Positions 26,374 to 36,528 of a stretch of DNA of 50,826 nucleotides are shown here, in pieces. The stretch covers positions 1-50,826 of the forward strand of contig JALOSO010000002.1 of assembly GCA_025458385.1 (NCBI GenBank), in the 5' to 3' direction. Below the pieces are notes generated by a model. It did no database searches and had not been told where the DNA came from. It saw only the letters and a program-made list of their open reading frames with translations. The first letter of the stretch is position 1. Each line of letters opens with the position of its first letter. The stretch comes from Paracoccaceae bacterium. Lineage in GTDB: Bacteria > Pseudomonadota > Alphaproteobacteria > Rhodobacterales > Rhodobacteraceae. Made by a program: the position numbers and the translations under genes.

Positions 26374-26918
26374 AGCGTCATCCGGCGGCCATCGTCCTGC
26401 AAGACATCGTTACAGCCAAACAGCGGATCGACCGGGGCACAGGTGCCAGACCGCGCAAGGCAAACCCCCTGACAATCGCGGTCGGCATCACAACGCTTGC
26501 CCGCGTCCCGCGTCGGCCTGACACAACTGCGCCCTTCCCCGGCCCCAACCCTGGACCACAGCCCGCCACGGCGGATGCAGGCCAGCGCTTCGGGGGTTTG
26601 CAGTGCGGGGTCCACGACCGTGGGCGCGGCGTCTGTTGGCGGCGCCTCGGCCGCCGTTGCCGGATCATCACCTGTGATGTCGGCAGCCCCCTCCGCGTCC
26701 GGGGCGGGCTCTGTCACACCACCATCGGCCACGGGCGGCGGCGCTGCCGGTTCGGGGTTGTCTGCGGCCTGTTCTTCGGCAAGGCCCACCACCGGGTCTT
26801 CCAACGCCGTCGTCTCGATGGCTTCACCCGTCAGCGGATCAGCCCCGCCCGGCCGTGGCCCCGCGGTCTGACAACCGGCCAGCAGCACCAGCAGTGAAAG
26901 GATCAGGCCTGCGCGCAT
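26361..26918 (-). CDS. lipoprotein with an acidic Pro/Ala-rich linker and an 8-Cys C-terminal domain
   Basis: Signal peptide plus lipobox LLAGC. Its 3' end overlaps the lipocalin gene start by 13 nt. Confidence 0.6.
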   Translation of the reverse strand: MRAGLILSLLVLLAGCQTAGPRPGGADPLTGEAIETTALEDPVVGLAEEQAADNPEPAAPPPVADGGVTEPAPDAEGAADITGDDPATAAEAPPTDAAPTVVDPALQTPEALACIRRGGLWSRVGAGEGRSCVRPTRDAGKRCDADRDCQGVCLARSGTCAPVDPLFGCNDVLQDDGRRMTLCLD

Positions 26919-26973
26919 CGCTTTTTTCCGCGTTTTCTTGTTGCCGCGACATGGCCTGATTGCAGGCGCGCGG

Positions 26974-28014
26974 TCAATAGGGCTGCGGATGCGCGCGGTG
27001 GGCGGCGTCGATTTCTGCCAGAACCTCGGACGAAAGGGTCACGTCGGCGGCATCAAGGTTGATGCGCAACTGGTCAAGTGTGGAGGCCCCGAAGATCGGG
27101 ATCACGGGGAAGGGCCGGGTCAGGCACCAGGCGATGGCCATCTGGCAGGGGTCAAGCCCGTGGCGGGCGGCAATGCCAAGATAGGCGGCAACGGCGGGAA
27201 AGACGCGGGGGGTGATGCGGCCGCCCAGATCGGGGGCATTGACGCGGCGCGTACCGGTCGGGGTGACGTCGCCCGCGTATTTGCCCGAGAGAAGCCCCGT
27301 GGCGAGCGGAGAGAAGGCAAGAAGCGGCATATCCTCCATCGCGGCCAGTTCGGCCCAGTCACCATCGAACTGGCGGCAAAGCAGCGAGTATTCGTTCTGC
27401 ACGGTCATCATGCGCGGGGCACCCATGGCGGCGGCCAATGACAGCCATTTCGCTGCACCCCAGACGGATTCGTTGGACAGGCCAAAGTGGCGGACCTTGC
27501 CTTCGGCTTGCAGGGCCATGGCGGTGGTCAGCACCTCGGTCATATGGGCGGTGACGGCGGCGGCATCGGATTTGGGTTTGTAGCCCCAGAGTTGACGGAA
27601 GTGATAGCTCCCGCGATTGGGCCAGTGCAGTTGGTAAAGGTCGATGTAATCGGTCTGCAGGCGGCGCAAAGACCCCTCCACCGCCGCGCGCATGCTGGCG
27701 GCAGTGATGGGCGCGCCGTCGCGCACGGCGGCCATGCCGGCACCGGTCACCTTGGTGGCCAGCACCAGCCGGTCACGCCCACCGCGCGCGGCCAACCACG
27801 TGCCGATGATCGCCTCGGTATGCCCTACGGTTTCCGCGCGGATCGGGTTGACGGGGTACATCTCGGCCGTGTCCCAGAAGGTGACGCCATGATCCAGCGC
27901 CATGTCGGCCTGCGCGTGGCCTTCGGCTTCGGTATTCTGGTTGCCCCATGTCATGGTGCCAAGGCAAAGGGCGGAAACGGTCAGGCCGGTATGGCCAAGG
28001 CGGCGGGTTTGCAT
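26974..28014 (-). CDS. aldo/keto reductase (Tas-like, NADP-dependent)
   Basis: MQTRRLGHTGLTVSALCLGTMTWG ... FWDTAEMYP and AKR-like sequence over the full length. Confidence 0.88.
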   Translation of the reverse strand: MQTRRLGHTGLTVSALCLGTMTWGNQNTEAEGHAQADMALDHGVTFWDTAEMYPVNPIRAETVGHTEAIIGTWLAARGGRDRLVLATKVTGAGMAAVRDGAPITAASMRAAVEGSLRRLQTDYIDLYQLHWPNRGSYHFRQLWGYKPKSDAAAVTAHMTEVLTTAMALQAEGKVRHFGLSNESVWGAAKWLSLAAAMGAPRMMTVQNEYSLLCRQFDGDWAELAAMEDMPLLAFSPLATGLLSGKYAGDVTPTGTRRVNAPDLGGRITPRVFPAVAAYLGIAARHGLDPCQMAIAWCLTRPFPVIPIFGASTLDQLRINLDAADVTLSSEVLAEIDAAHRAHPQPY

Positions 28015-28171
28015 GGGGGCGCTCCGATTGGGTTGGGCAAGGGTAACGCACCGGGCGGCCGTGGCAAGGTTGTGCGGGATCGCGCTGCATTTCCGGGGGT
28101 GCAGAACAAAGGTTCGGGAAAGCCCGCAGATTTCATGCTAGACTGCGCCGACAGGATCAACGGAGGCTGCC

Positions 28172-28738
28172 ATGCACGCCCTGCCCTGGTTTCTGCTGCT
28201 GTCTGCCCTGTGCGGTCCGGCACAGGCTGCCCCGGCGGCCTATATGCTGGAGCCGGAGCGTTCAACCGTGGGCTTCGCCACGGATTTCGGCCAGCAGGTG
28301 ATCACAGGGCGGATGCCCGTTGCCCAGGCAAATCTGACGCTGGATTTCGATGATGTGGGCAATACGGCGATTGACGTGATTCTGGATGTTTCGCGCGCAA
28401 CGGCTTCGTTTCCGTTCGCGGCCCAGACCCTGAAGGGCAACACGGTGCTGGATGCGCGCAGCCATCCGACGATCCGGTTCATCAGCACGCGGGTGCGCCG
28501 CGATGGGCAAAGTGCCGATGTGCAGGGGAACCTGACGATCCGCGGGGTGACACAGCGTGTGACGCTGCGGGCCACGCTCTATCGGCCTGACGGGCAGGCT
28601 GATGGCGACAACAGCCATCTGACGGTGCAGATGACGGGTGCCGTCAATCGCAGCGATTTTGGGGCCACGGGCTTTGCGGATATGGTCGCGGATGAGGTGC
28701 GGCTGGATATCGTGGCACGGATCGTGGCTGCCCCCTAG
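28172..28738 (+). CDS. YceI-family periplasmic protein
   Basis: Signal peptide, then Y.L.PE.S.V.F and the ...F.S......G......G.LT..GVT..V pattern. GGAGG RBS. Confidence 0.75.
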   Translation: MHALPWFLLLSALCGPAQAAPAAYMLEPERSTVGFATDFGQQVITGRMPVAQANLTLDFDDVGNTAIDVILDVSRATASFPFAAQTLKGNTVLDARSHPTIRFISTRVRRDGQSADVQGNLTIRGVTQRVTLRATLYRPDGQADGDNSHLTVQMTGAVNRSDFGATGFADMVADEVRLDIVARIVAAP

Positions 28739-28790
28739 CCACCTGCCGCCCGTCGCGCTAAACGGTGCGTCGCAGCAAAAGGCATGACGC

Positions 28791-30509
28791 ATGGCACGTA
28801 TCCTCATCACTTCGGCCATCCCTTACATCAACGGGATCAAGCATCTGGGCAACCTTGTGGGCAGTCAGCTTCCGGCTGATCTGTTTGCGCGGTTCATGCG
28901 CGGGCGGGGGCATGAGGTGATGTTCATCTGCGCCACGGATGAACATGGCACGCCGGCAGAGCTGGCGGCGGCCAAGGCGGGCGTGCCGGTAGAGCAGTTC
29001 TGCGCCGATATGCACAAGGTGCAGGCGGATATCGCGGCGGGGTTCCGGCTGTCGTTTGACCATTTCGGGCGGTCATCCAGCCAGCGCAACCACCGCCTGA
29101 CACAACATTTTGCCGGGCGGCTGGCAGAGGCGGGGCTGATCGCAGAGGTCAGCGAAAAGCAGGTGTTCTCTGTCGACGACAACCGCTTTCTGCCAGACCG
29201 TTACATCACCGGCACCTGCCCGAACTGCGGCTACGAAAGCGCACGCGGCGACCAGTGCGAGAATTGCACCAAGCAGCTGGATCCAACCGATCTGATCAAC
29301 CCGCGCTCCTCGATCAGCGGTTCGACCAACCTTGAGGTGCGCCAAACCAAGCATCTTTACCTCAAGCAGCGGGCGCTGAAGGCCAAGCTGGAGGCCTGGA
29401 TCGACAGCAAGAAAGACTGGCCGATCCTGACAACATCGATCGCCAAGAAATGGTTGAACGACGGGGATGGTCTGCAGGACCGGGGGATCACGCGCGATCT
29501 TTACTGGGGCATCCCTGTGAAAAAGGGCGATCAGCCATGGCCGGGGATGGAGGGCAAGGTCTTTTACGTCTGGTTCGACGCGCCGATCGAATACATCGCG
29601 GGCACGGCGGAATGGGCGGATGCGCATGGCCTTGATGACGCGGCATGGGAACGTTGGTGGCGCACAGACAAGGGTGCGGCGGACGTCACCTATTACCAGT
29701 TCATGGGCAAGGACAACGTGCCCTTCCATACGCTCAGCTTTCCGGCCACGATTCTTGGCTCGGGTGAGCCATGGAAGCTGGTCGATTACCTGAAATCGTT
29801 CAACTACCTCAACTATGATGGCGGCCAGTTCAGCACCAGCCAAGGCCGTGGCATCTTCATGGATCAGGCGCTGTCGATCCTGCCGTCAGATTACTGGCGC
29901 TGGTGGTTGCTGAGCCATGCGCCGGAATCGTCGGACAGCGAATTTACCTGGGAAAACTTCCAGGCGAGCGTGAACAAGGATCTGGCGGATGTGCTGGGCA
30001 ACCTTGTCTCCCGCGTCACCAAATTCGCGCGGTCCAAGTTCGGCGATGTGATCCCGGCGGGGGGCACCCCCGGCGCGCGAGAGGCGGCGCTGATCGATGC
30101 GCTGACGACGCAACTGCGCAGCTATGAAGCGAACATGGCCGCGATGGAGGTGCGCAAATCGGCCGCCGACCTGCGCGCACTGTGGGTGGCGGGCAATGAG
30201 TACCTGCAGGCGGCAGCGCCGTGGACGGTGGTCAAGTCTGACCCCGATCAGGCGGCGATGATGATCCGGCTGGCGATGAACCTGATCCGGGTCTATGCCA
30301 TCATCTCGCGCCCGTTCATCCCGGATGCGGCGGCGGCAATGATGCACGCTGTGGGTAGCGCAGACTGGACCTGGCCAGATGATCTGGCGGCGGCGATGCA
30401 GACCCTGCCCGCCGGCACGGGTTTCAATGTGCCCGAAAACCTGTTCCGCAAGATCACCGATGAAGAGCGCGCCGACTGGCAACAGCGCTTTGCGGGCATC
30501 AGAACCTGA
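28791..30509 (+). CDS. metG: methionine--tRNA ligase (eukaryote/archaeal-like subclass, 572 aa)
   Basis: [11 protein letters not shown] (HIGH-type motif), CPNCGY...CENC zinc knuckle, collinear to the end. KMSKS position reads QFSTS (see findings). Confidence 0.92.
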   Translation: MARILITSAIPYINGIKHLGNLVGSQLPADLFARFMRGRGHEVMFICATDEHGTPAELAAAKAGVPVEQFCADMHKVQADIAAGFRLSFDHFGRSSSQRNHRLTQHFAGRLAEAGLIAEVSEKQVFSVDDNRFLPDRYITGTCPNCGYESARGDQCENCTKQLDPTDLINPRSSISGSTNLEVRQTKHLYLKQRALKAKLEAWIDSKKDWPILTTSIAKKWLNDGDGLQDRGITRDLYWGIPVKKGDQPWPGMEGKVFYVWFDAPIEYIAGTAEWADAHGLDDAAWERWWRTDKGAADVTYYQFMGKDNVPFHTLSFPATILGSGEPWKLVDYLKSFNYLNYDGGQFSTSQGRGIFMDQALSILPSDYWRWWLLSHAPESSDSEFTWENFQASVNKDLADVLGNLVSRVTKFARSKFGDVIPAGGTPGAREAALIDALTTQLRSYEANMAAMEVRKSAADLRALWVAGNEYLQAAAPWTVVKSDPDQAAMMIRLAMNLIRVYAIISRPFIPDAAAAMMHAVGSADWTWPDDLAAAMQTLPAGTGFNVPENLFRKITDEERADWQQRFAGIRT

Positions 30510-30986
30510 ATCGCCTTTTTTCATTCGGCGCCAATGCGTTGGGCGCTGCGCCTGAAGCACTCAACCAAAGCGGGCAGAATCGCCCGGCCACCATCTTTTG
30601 TGCCTGATCCGCTTTGCTGACTGCTGCATTTGCAGGCAAAGGATCAGGCCAGATTCGCCCAATCCCTGCGGCCAGTGCGCCATGTGCACGATCAAAGCGC
30701 CCCCACACCCGCCGAACCGGCCCGCGTAGTGGCAGGAAACCGGCATGAAATACCATCTTTTCATATAGTTGCGGGTTGCATGTCCACGCGCGTTTTCTTG
30801 ACTGCGCAGCCAATATCAATTGTTGACACGCGACCCCCGCCCCAGAGTAAGCTTCCGCCCACGGGGTGGTCTGGCCGGCACGGCGCAGGACAGACCGCGC
30901 ACCAGAAGAAACGTGAGTGTCATGTCACCAACCTGTCATGCGCCAACTGCTATCCGTGCAAACGGACCACATCTAGGGAGACTTCC

Positions 30987-32111
30987 GTGAAAAAAACCAA
31001 TGCTGTCAGCCGCCGCGCGTTTCTGAAAACGTCGGCCGTGGGTGCAGGCGCGCTTGCTGCGCCTGCCCTGATCTCCTCGAAGGCGCTGGCGTCTTCGGGT
31101 GAGTTGAATTTCATGGGTTGGGCCGGTTATCCCGGCCTTGCCGAAAAGGTGTTCCCGGCCTTCACAGCCGCGACGGGCATCACGGTCAACATGCTGGAAC
31201 AGCCCGATCAGGACACGATGTTTGCCCAAGGCAAGATCGCGCTTGAGGCGGGTGGCGTCGACATGATCGAACCGACCATCGACCGCGTGGGCGCATGGGA
31301 TTCGAATGGCCTTCTGAGCACGTTTGATGAATCTAAGCTGGCGATGGACAACTATCTGCCCGGTCTGGCCGATGGTGCAGCAGGCGAGCGTTCGCGCCCC
31401 GGTGGCGCGCTGAAGTATCTGCCATCCGTCTGGGGCACCGAAGCACTTGTCGTCAACACCGCCTCGGCTGTGCTGGGCGATGCGCCGTCGCTGGGCGCGC
31501 TGTTCGACCCGGCCAACCAGGCCGTTGTGCGCCCGCATTCGGCACTGGCCGCTATGGGCCGCTGGCTTGATGCACAGGGCAAGCTGCCACGCCCGTGGCT
31601 GGACGGCTACAGCGACATGGGGGCCATGGTCGAGCTGTGGGACATCGCACTGGCCGAGGCTGTAAAGGCCAAGGGCAACGTGGTGCAGTTCTGGTCGGGC
31701 GAGAACGAGGCCAACGCAGGTTTTGTCGCAAACGGCGCGACGGTCGGCCTGTGCTGGGATTCGACTGGCTTCAACCTGCGCAATGACGGCTACGCCTATC
31801 TTGCCCCGACCGAAGGCGCCTTTGCCTGGCATCAGGGTTTTGTCCTGATGGCCAATGCCACCAACGTCGATCAGGCGCATGAATTCGCCAAGTGGGTGTC
31901 CACCGCCGAAGGCGCAGCGATGTGGGCAACCGCCTTCTCGGCCAATCCGGTCGGCAAAGGTGCCGCCGATATGCTCGACCCGGAAGTGGCGGCCTACTAT
32001 GCCGGCACCTTCGATGACGCGGCCCTGTCCAAGCTGTGGTGGTGGCCGGATCAGTCTGCCGAGTTCCTCGCCAAGCGCGGCGAATACGCAGACAAGTACA
32101 AGGCCTCCTGA
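30987..32111 (+). CDS. ABC transporter periplasmic substrate-binding protein (PotD/PotF-like), Tat-type signal
   Basis: GTG start with AGGGAG 6 nt upstream. Leader VKKTNAVSRRAFLKTSAVGAGALAAPALISSKALA. The 119 ORF-track codons upstream (30630..30986) look non-coding. Confidence 0.8.
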   Translation: MKKTNAVSRRAFLKTSAVGAGALAAPALISSKALASSGELNFMGWAGYPGLAEKVFPAFTAATGITVNMLEQPDQDTMFAQGKIALEAGGVDMIEPTIDRVGAWDSNGLLSTFDESKLAMDNYLPGLADGAAGERSRPGGALKYLPSVWGTEALVVNTASAVLGDAPSLGALFDPANQAVVRPHSALAAMGRWLDAQGKLPRPWLDGYSDMGAMVELWDIALAEAVKAKGNVVQFWSGENEANAGFVANGATVGLCWDSTGFNLRNDGYAYLAPTEGAFAWHQGFVLMANATNVDQAHEFAKWVSTAEGAAMWATAFSANPVGKGAADMLDPEVAAYYAGTFDDAALSKLWWWPDQSAEFLAKRGEYADKYKAS

Positions 32112-32131
32112 TCTCAGGGGTGTTCAGCGTT

Positions 32132-32167
32132 CACGCCGGGTCCGTCATGGCCCGGCGTGTTCATTTT
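32132..32167 (+). terminator. intra-operon hairpin/attenuator after the binding-protein gene
   Basis: CACGCCGGG (32132..32140) / CCCGGCGTG (32151..32159) followed by TTCATTTT. Confidence 0.5.
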
Positions 32168-32264
32168 CGGGGCAGAAAGGCTGCCTGCGGACGACCAAAC
32201 CAAGAGCCCAGCAAACGATGGGCCGCAAGATCAAGAAGACAACGGGGAAGAAGGGGATATCAGG

Positions 32265-33350
32265 ATGAGCGCGGGCATTGAACTTGACAATGTCGTCTGT
32301 GATTTCGGGCGCTTTCGGGCGGTGGATCATGTGAATGTCCACATTCAGCCGGGCGAGTTCTTTTCGTTCCTTGGGCCATCGGGTTGTGGCAAGACAACGA
32401 TCCTGCGCATGGTGTCAGGTTTTATTGAACCCACAGCCGGGGTAATCCGCATTGGCGGCACTGACGTGCGCGGCCAGCGGCCGAACCAGCGGCCAACGGC
32501 GCTGATCTTTCAGAACCTTGCGCTGTTTCCGCTGATGCCAATCTGGGAAAACATCAGTTTCGGGCTGGAGGTGCGGGGCGTCGGCAAGGCCGAGCGGCGC
32601 AAGAAGGCCGAAGAGCTGCTGGCGCTGGTTGACCTGCCCGGGGCTGCGGACAAGATGGTAAGCCAGCTTTCAGGTGGGCAAAAGCAGCGTGTGGCGATTG
32701 CGCGTGCGCTGGCGGTTGAGCCGCAGGTGATGCTGCTGGACGAGCCGCTGTCAGCACTGGACCTGAAGCTGCGCCAGCACATGCGGGCCGAGTTGCGCGC
32801 CATCCAGAAACGCACGGGCGTGACCTTCATCTATATCACCCATGATCAGGGCGAGGCCCTGGCGATGAGTGACCGCGTGGGTGTGATGAGTCAGGGCCGC
32901 CTGCAACAAGTCAGCAATCCGCGGGATATCTACAACAACCCGGTCAATGGCTTTGTTGCGTCATTTGTGGGCGAAAACAATATCTTGACCGGTGAAGTTC
33001 AGACTTCACATGAAGGTTTTTCCACCCTTGCGACCCCACATGGCACCTTCCGTGCCCGTATGGCGGATGGCGTGGGGGGCAAGGGTGTAAAGCTGTATGT
33101 GCGCCCGGAACACACGAAACTCGCCGCAACCGCCGGTGCCGAGAATTCGGTCGCGGTCACGGTCAAGGAGGTTGCGTTCGAGGGGAACTTCATTTCGGTG
33201 ATCTCGGACAGTGATACCGGCATGGCCTTTACATCCGAGTTGCGCAACGACGGGTCGGTCACCGTGCCCGAGGTCGGCAGCAAGCATTTCGTCACCTTCG
33301 ACGCGGCCCGGGCGGCGATCCTGCCCGATGCCAATGTGACGGGGGGCTGA
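32265..33350 (+). CDS. ABC transporter ATP-binding protein (PotA-like, C-terminal TOBE-type domain)
   Basis: Walker A GPSGCGKTT, signature LSGGQKQR, Walker B MLLDEPLSALD. Start trimmed from 32157 to the ATG at 32265. Confidence 0.9.
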   Translation: MSAGIELDNVVCDFGRFRAVDHVNVHIQPGEFFSFLGPSGCGKTTILRMVSGFIEPTAGVIRIGGTDVRGQRPNQRPTALIFQNLALFPLMPIWENISFGLEVRGVGKAERRKKAEELLALVDLPGAADKMVSQLSGGQKQRVAIARALAVEPQVMLLDEPLSALDLKLRQHMRAELRAIQKRTGVTFIYITHDQGEALAMSDRVGVMSQGRLQQVSNPRDIYNNPVNGFVASFVGENNILTGEVQTSHEGFSTLATPHGTFRARMADGVGGKGVKLYVRPEHTKLAATAGAENSVAVTVKEVAFEGNFISVISDSDTGMAFTSELRNDGSVTVPEVGSKHFVTFDAARAAILPDANVTGG

Positions 33351-33355
33351 CCGCG

Positions 33356-34279
33356 ATGGGTGACCTTCTGAAACGCTATGGCAGCGGGCTGACCGGCGCA
33401 ATCGTTCTGCTGACGCTGTTCTGGTTGCTGATCCTGCTGATCCTGCCGAACCTGACCATGTTCGAAAGCAGCTTCCGCCCCTATCTGCCCCTGGCCGAAG
33501 TCGGCGGTCCAAAGGACACCTATTCGGTGAACAACTATCTGCGCGTTCTGGGCAACCCGGTTGACCTGAACATTCTGTGGGTCACCGTTGAAGTGCCGGT
33601 GCGGATCAAGGTCTTTTTGCTGACCATCTTCTATTCAGCCGTCGTAACGGCCATCACGTTCCTGATGGCCTACCCGCTGGCCTATTATCTGGCCAAGATC
33701 GTTTCGCCGAAATCCTTGCCCACGCTGTTCCTGCTGTTGTTCGTCCCACTTTGGGTTTCAGAAATCCTGCGGTCCTTTGCGTGGTTCATCATCCTGTCCT
33801 TCAAGGGCCCGCTGAACGCCCTTTTGATGCAACTGGGAATCATCGATGTGGAAATCCGCTGGATTGCCGGGTTTAGCCCGGTGATCATCGGGCTGGTCTA
33901 CACCTATGTGCTGTTCATGGTGTTCCCGCTGTACAATTCGATGCAAAGCCTTGATTCCAATCAGATCGAGGCCGCCGAGGATCTGGGCGCGCCCTGGTGG
34001 CGCACGCATTGGCGCATCATCCTGCCGCATGCCAAGCCCGGCATCGCATCGGGCGCCGTGATGGTGTTCATGCTGTCGGCAGGCTCACTCCTTGTGCCGT
34101 CACTGCTGGGGTCCACCACATCGGGCTGGTTCACACAGACCATTCAGGGCGTGATGCTGGAAGAGCAGGACTGGAACACGGGTGCTGCATTTGCCTTCAT
34201 GCTGCTGATCGTCTGCACGCTGTTTGTCAGCCTGGCCATGCGGGTGTTCGGCGTCAAACTTTCCGACATCGCGAAATAG
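33356..34279 (+). CDS. ABC transporter permease (PotB-like)
   Basis: Six predicted TM segments and an EAA-type loop (IEAAEDLGAPWWRTHWRIILPHAKPG). Confidence 0.88.
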   Translation: MGDLLKRYGSGLTGAIVLLTLFWLLILLILPNLTMFESSFRPYLPLAEVGGPKDTYSVNNYLRVLGNPVDLNILWVTVEVPVRIKVFLLTIFYSAVVTAITFLMAYPLAYYLAKIVSPKSLPTLFLLLFVPLWVSEILRSFAWFIILSFKGPLNALLMQLGIIDVEIRWIAGFSPVIIGLVYTYVLFMVFPLYNSMQSLDSNQIEAAEDLGAPWWRTHWRIILPHAKPGIASGAVMVFMLSAGSLLVPSLLGSTTSGWFTQTIQGVMLEEQDWNTGAAFAFMLLIVCTLFVSLAMRVFGVKLSDIAK

Positions 34280-34289
34280 GGGGCGGATC

Positions 34290-35123
34290 ATGCACAAGAC
34301 TCGCGATCTTCTGTTTCACGTCTACATGGGCGCGTTCCTGCTGTATCTGCTGGTGCCGCTGCTGGTCATGGGTGGGGCCGCCTTCAACGACAGCAAACTG
34401 CCCACGGTTCTGCCCTGGAAGGGGTTCACCGACCAATGGTTCATCGACATGTGGAACGATGACCGGATCTGGATCGCCTTTCGCAATACCATTCTGGTTG
34501 CATTGGGCGTTGTGGCCTTGTCCGTGCCCATCGGCACCGCAGGCGCAATCCTGATCAATTCGATTTCGGGCCGCTGGCGTGCCACGCTTTACGGGCTGAT
34601 GGTTGCCCCCATTCTTATCCCCGGGGTGGTGATCGGCATTTCGACACTGCTGTTCTGGAACAACCTGTCCGTCGGCTCTGGCCTGCATCTGTCGGTCCTG
34701 GGGCAGGTCAGCTATATCGCGTCTTTCGTGATGCTGCTTGTGCTGGCGCGGCTGCAAAGTTTCGATGCGGGGCTTGAGGAGGCGGCACTTGACCTTGGGG
34801 CCAGCCATGCGCAGGTCATGCGGCGCATCCTTCTGCCGCATCTTTATCCGGCAATCGGGGCGGGGGCGGCCATTGCGTTCTTTCAGTCGATCGAAAACTT
34901 CAACGTCACGCTGTTCACGCGCGGCGGGGCGGATACGCTGACGGTCTACGTCTTTTCCAAGGTGCGTTCGGGCATTACGCCCACCATCAACGCGCTGGCC
35001 CTGTTGTTGATCCTGGTCACGCTGTGTGCGGCCCTGATCTATGAAATCAACCGCCGCCGCAAAGCCCGCCTTGAAGCCGCGCGCGAGGCTGAAGCCCGCC
35101 GGGCAGAGGACGCGATGCTGTAA
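34290..35123 (+). CDS. ABC transporter permease (PotC-like)
   Basis: EAA-type loop (LEEAALDLGASHAQVMRRILLPHLYP). Start trimmed from 34224 to the ATG at 34290. Confidence 0.88.
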   Translation: MHKTRDLLFHVYMGAFLLYLLVPLLVMGGAAFNDSKLPTVLPWKGFTDQWFIDMWNDDRIWIAFRNTILVALGVVALSVPIGTAGAILINSISGRWRATLYGLMVAPILIPGVVIGISTLLFWNNLSVGSGLHLSVLGQVSYIASFVMLLVLARLQSFDAGLEEAALDLGASHAQVMRRILLPHLYPAIGAGAAIAFFQSIENFNVTLFTRGGADTLTVYVFSKVRSGITPTINALALLLILVTLCAALIYEINRRRKARLEAAREAEARRAEDAML

Positions 35124-35128
35124 TCACA

Positions 35129-35151
35129 AGGGCGGCCTTTCCGGCCGCCCT
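35129..35151. terminator. hairpin between convergent operons (AGGGCGGCC-tttcc-GGCCGCCCT)
   Basis: Read directly. No clear U-tract on either strand. Confidence 0.45.
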
Positions 35152-35208
35152 GCCCCACGACGGCAAGGCACGGGGGGAAGGCACGGGCCCGGTCAGCCGT
35201 GCCATGCG

Positions 35209-36528
35209 TCATTCTTCGCGGAATGTCTTGGCAAGGCTGTCGATGATGGGCCGCGTCAAGTAATCGGCCACCGTGCGGCTGCCGGTGCTGATATACCCTT
35301 CGACGGGCATCCCCGGCAGCAAGTCAACGTCGCCCAGCCGCGCAAGCTCGGTCGCCGGCACATCGACAAAGACCCGGTAGAACGCCATGCCCGTTGCCTC
35401 ATCCGTCACTGTGGTCGGCGAGATGCTGTTGACCGTGCCAAACACCTCGGGCGTCGTGCGTGGATTGAAGGCGGCAAACCGCAGGCGCACGTCCTGACCG
35501 GGGTGAATGTTGTCAACCGAGACCGGCGCCACCCGGAATTCAAATGCCCGTGCCTCATCCGTGGCGATGATCTGGGCAATCAGCGCGCCGGGCGGCACGA
35601 TGCCGCCTTCGGTCACCACCTGCATTTCATGCACATTGCCCGCAACCGGCGCGACAATCTCGATCCGCTCCAATTGCCGTTCGGTGCTGACGATCTGCTG
35701 GATCAACTCTTCGATCTGCTGGTTGGTGTCCTGCAGGCTGGTGACGGCCTCTTCCCGGAACTGACGGTCGGCTTGCAGGATCTCCAGCTCGGCGTCGCGG
35801 ATCGAATTTTCGATCCGGGCTGTTTCGGTCAGATGTTCGGCAATCTGGCCCAGCAGGTCTGCCCGGTTGCCTTGCAGTGTCAGGACATCGGCATCGCGGC
35901 CAAGGCCCCGCGAAACAAGCTCTTCCTGCCGGGCAAGCTCTTGTGCGATATAGCCGACCTGTTCCTGCTTGGCCGCAATCAGCGCTGCGACACCGGCAAT
36001 CTGGTTGTTGAACTGGCGAATGCGTTCTTCCAGTTGCGATTTTCGCCCCGCCTGAATTGCCGCGCGGGCCGCGAAAATCTCGCGCTCCATGGCCCGGACG
36101 GCGGACTGATCGCGCCCTTGCAGCAACGGTTGGTCCGCAGCAAAGCTGACCGCGCCGGCGGCGGATTGTTCGGCCTGCAAACGGGCCAGCCGGGCCCAGG
36201 CCTCGGCCAAGCGGTTGCGGTAGATTTCAAGATTTGCCTGCAACAACGTGGGGTCAAGGCGGATCAGCGGCTGGCCCTTTGCCACCAGATCGCCGTCGGC
36301 CACCAGAATGTCCTGCACAATGCCACCATCAAGGTGTTGCACCGCCTTTGGCTTGCCCATCACGGCAATCGTGCCTTGTGCGACGACCGCCCCGTTGATC
36401 TGCGTCAGCACCGCCCACAGGACCAGCGCCGCAAACAGCCCCAGGCCCGCGGCCGCGGCAACCTTTCCGGCATGGCCCATACGGATTGCCGGGGCCGGTG
36501 CGGCGGGCGTCAGAAGTTCAGCCTGCAT
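35209..36528 (-). CDS. HlyD-family type I secretion periplasmic adaptor (MFP)
   Basis: N-terminal TM anchor, long coiled-coil region, and a C-terminal barrel ending ...GMPVEGYISTGSRTVADYLTRPI. The start overlaps the ABC gene end by 11 nt. Confidence 0.9.
   Translation of the reverse strand: MQAELLTPAAPAPAIRMGHAGKVAAAAGLGLFAALVLWAVLTQINGAVVAQGTIAVMGKPKAVQHLDGGIVQDILVADGDLVAKGQPLIRLDPTLLQANLEIYRNRLAEAWARLARLQAEQSAAGAVSFAADQPLLQGRDQSAVRAMEREIFAARAAIQAGRKSQLEERIRQFNNQIAGVAALIAAKQEQVGYIAQELARQEELVSRGLGRDADVLTLQGNRADLLGQIAEHLTETARIENSIRDAELEILQADRQFREEAVTSLQDTNQQIEELIQQIVSTERQLERIEIVAPVAGNVHEMQVVTEGGIVPPGALIAQIIATDEARAFEFRVAPVSVDNIHPGQDVRLRFAAFNPRTTPEVFGTVNSISPTTVTDEATGMAFYRVFVDVPATELARLGDVDLLPGMPVEGYISTGSRTVADYLTRPIIDSLAKTFREE

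Noticed and set aside
30630-30986. ORF-track 5' extension of the binding-protein gene (and similar extensions at 2266..2355, 20199..20405, 32157..32264, 34224..34289, 17869..17958)
   Set aside because: The extensions are Arg/Pro/Cys-rich, lack RBS context and precede internal starts that have good RBSs or signal peptides, or that are coupled to the upstream stop.
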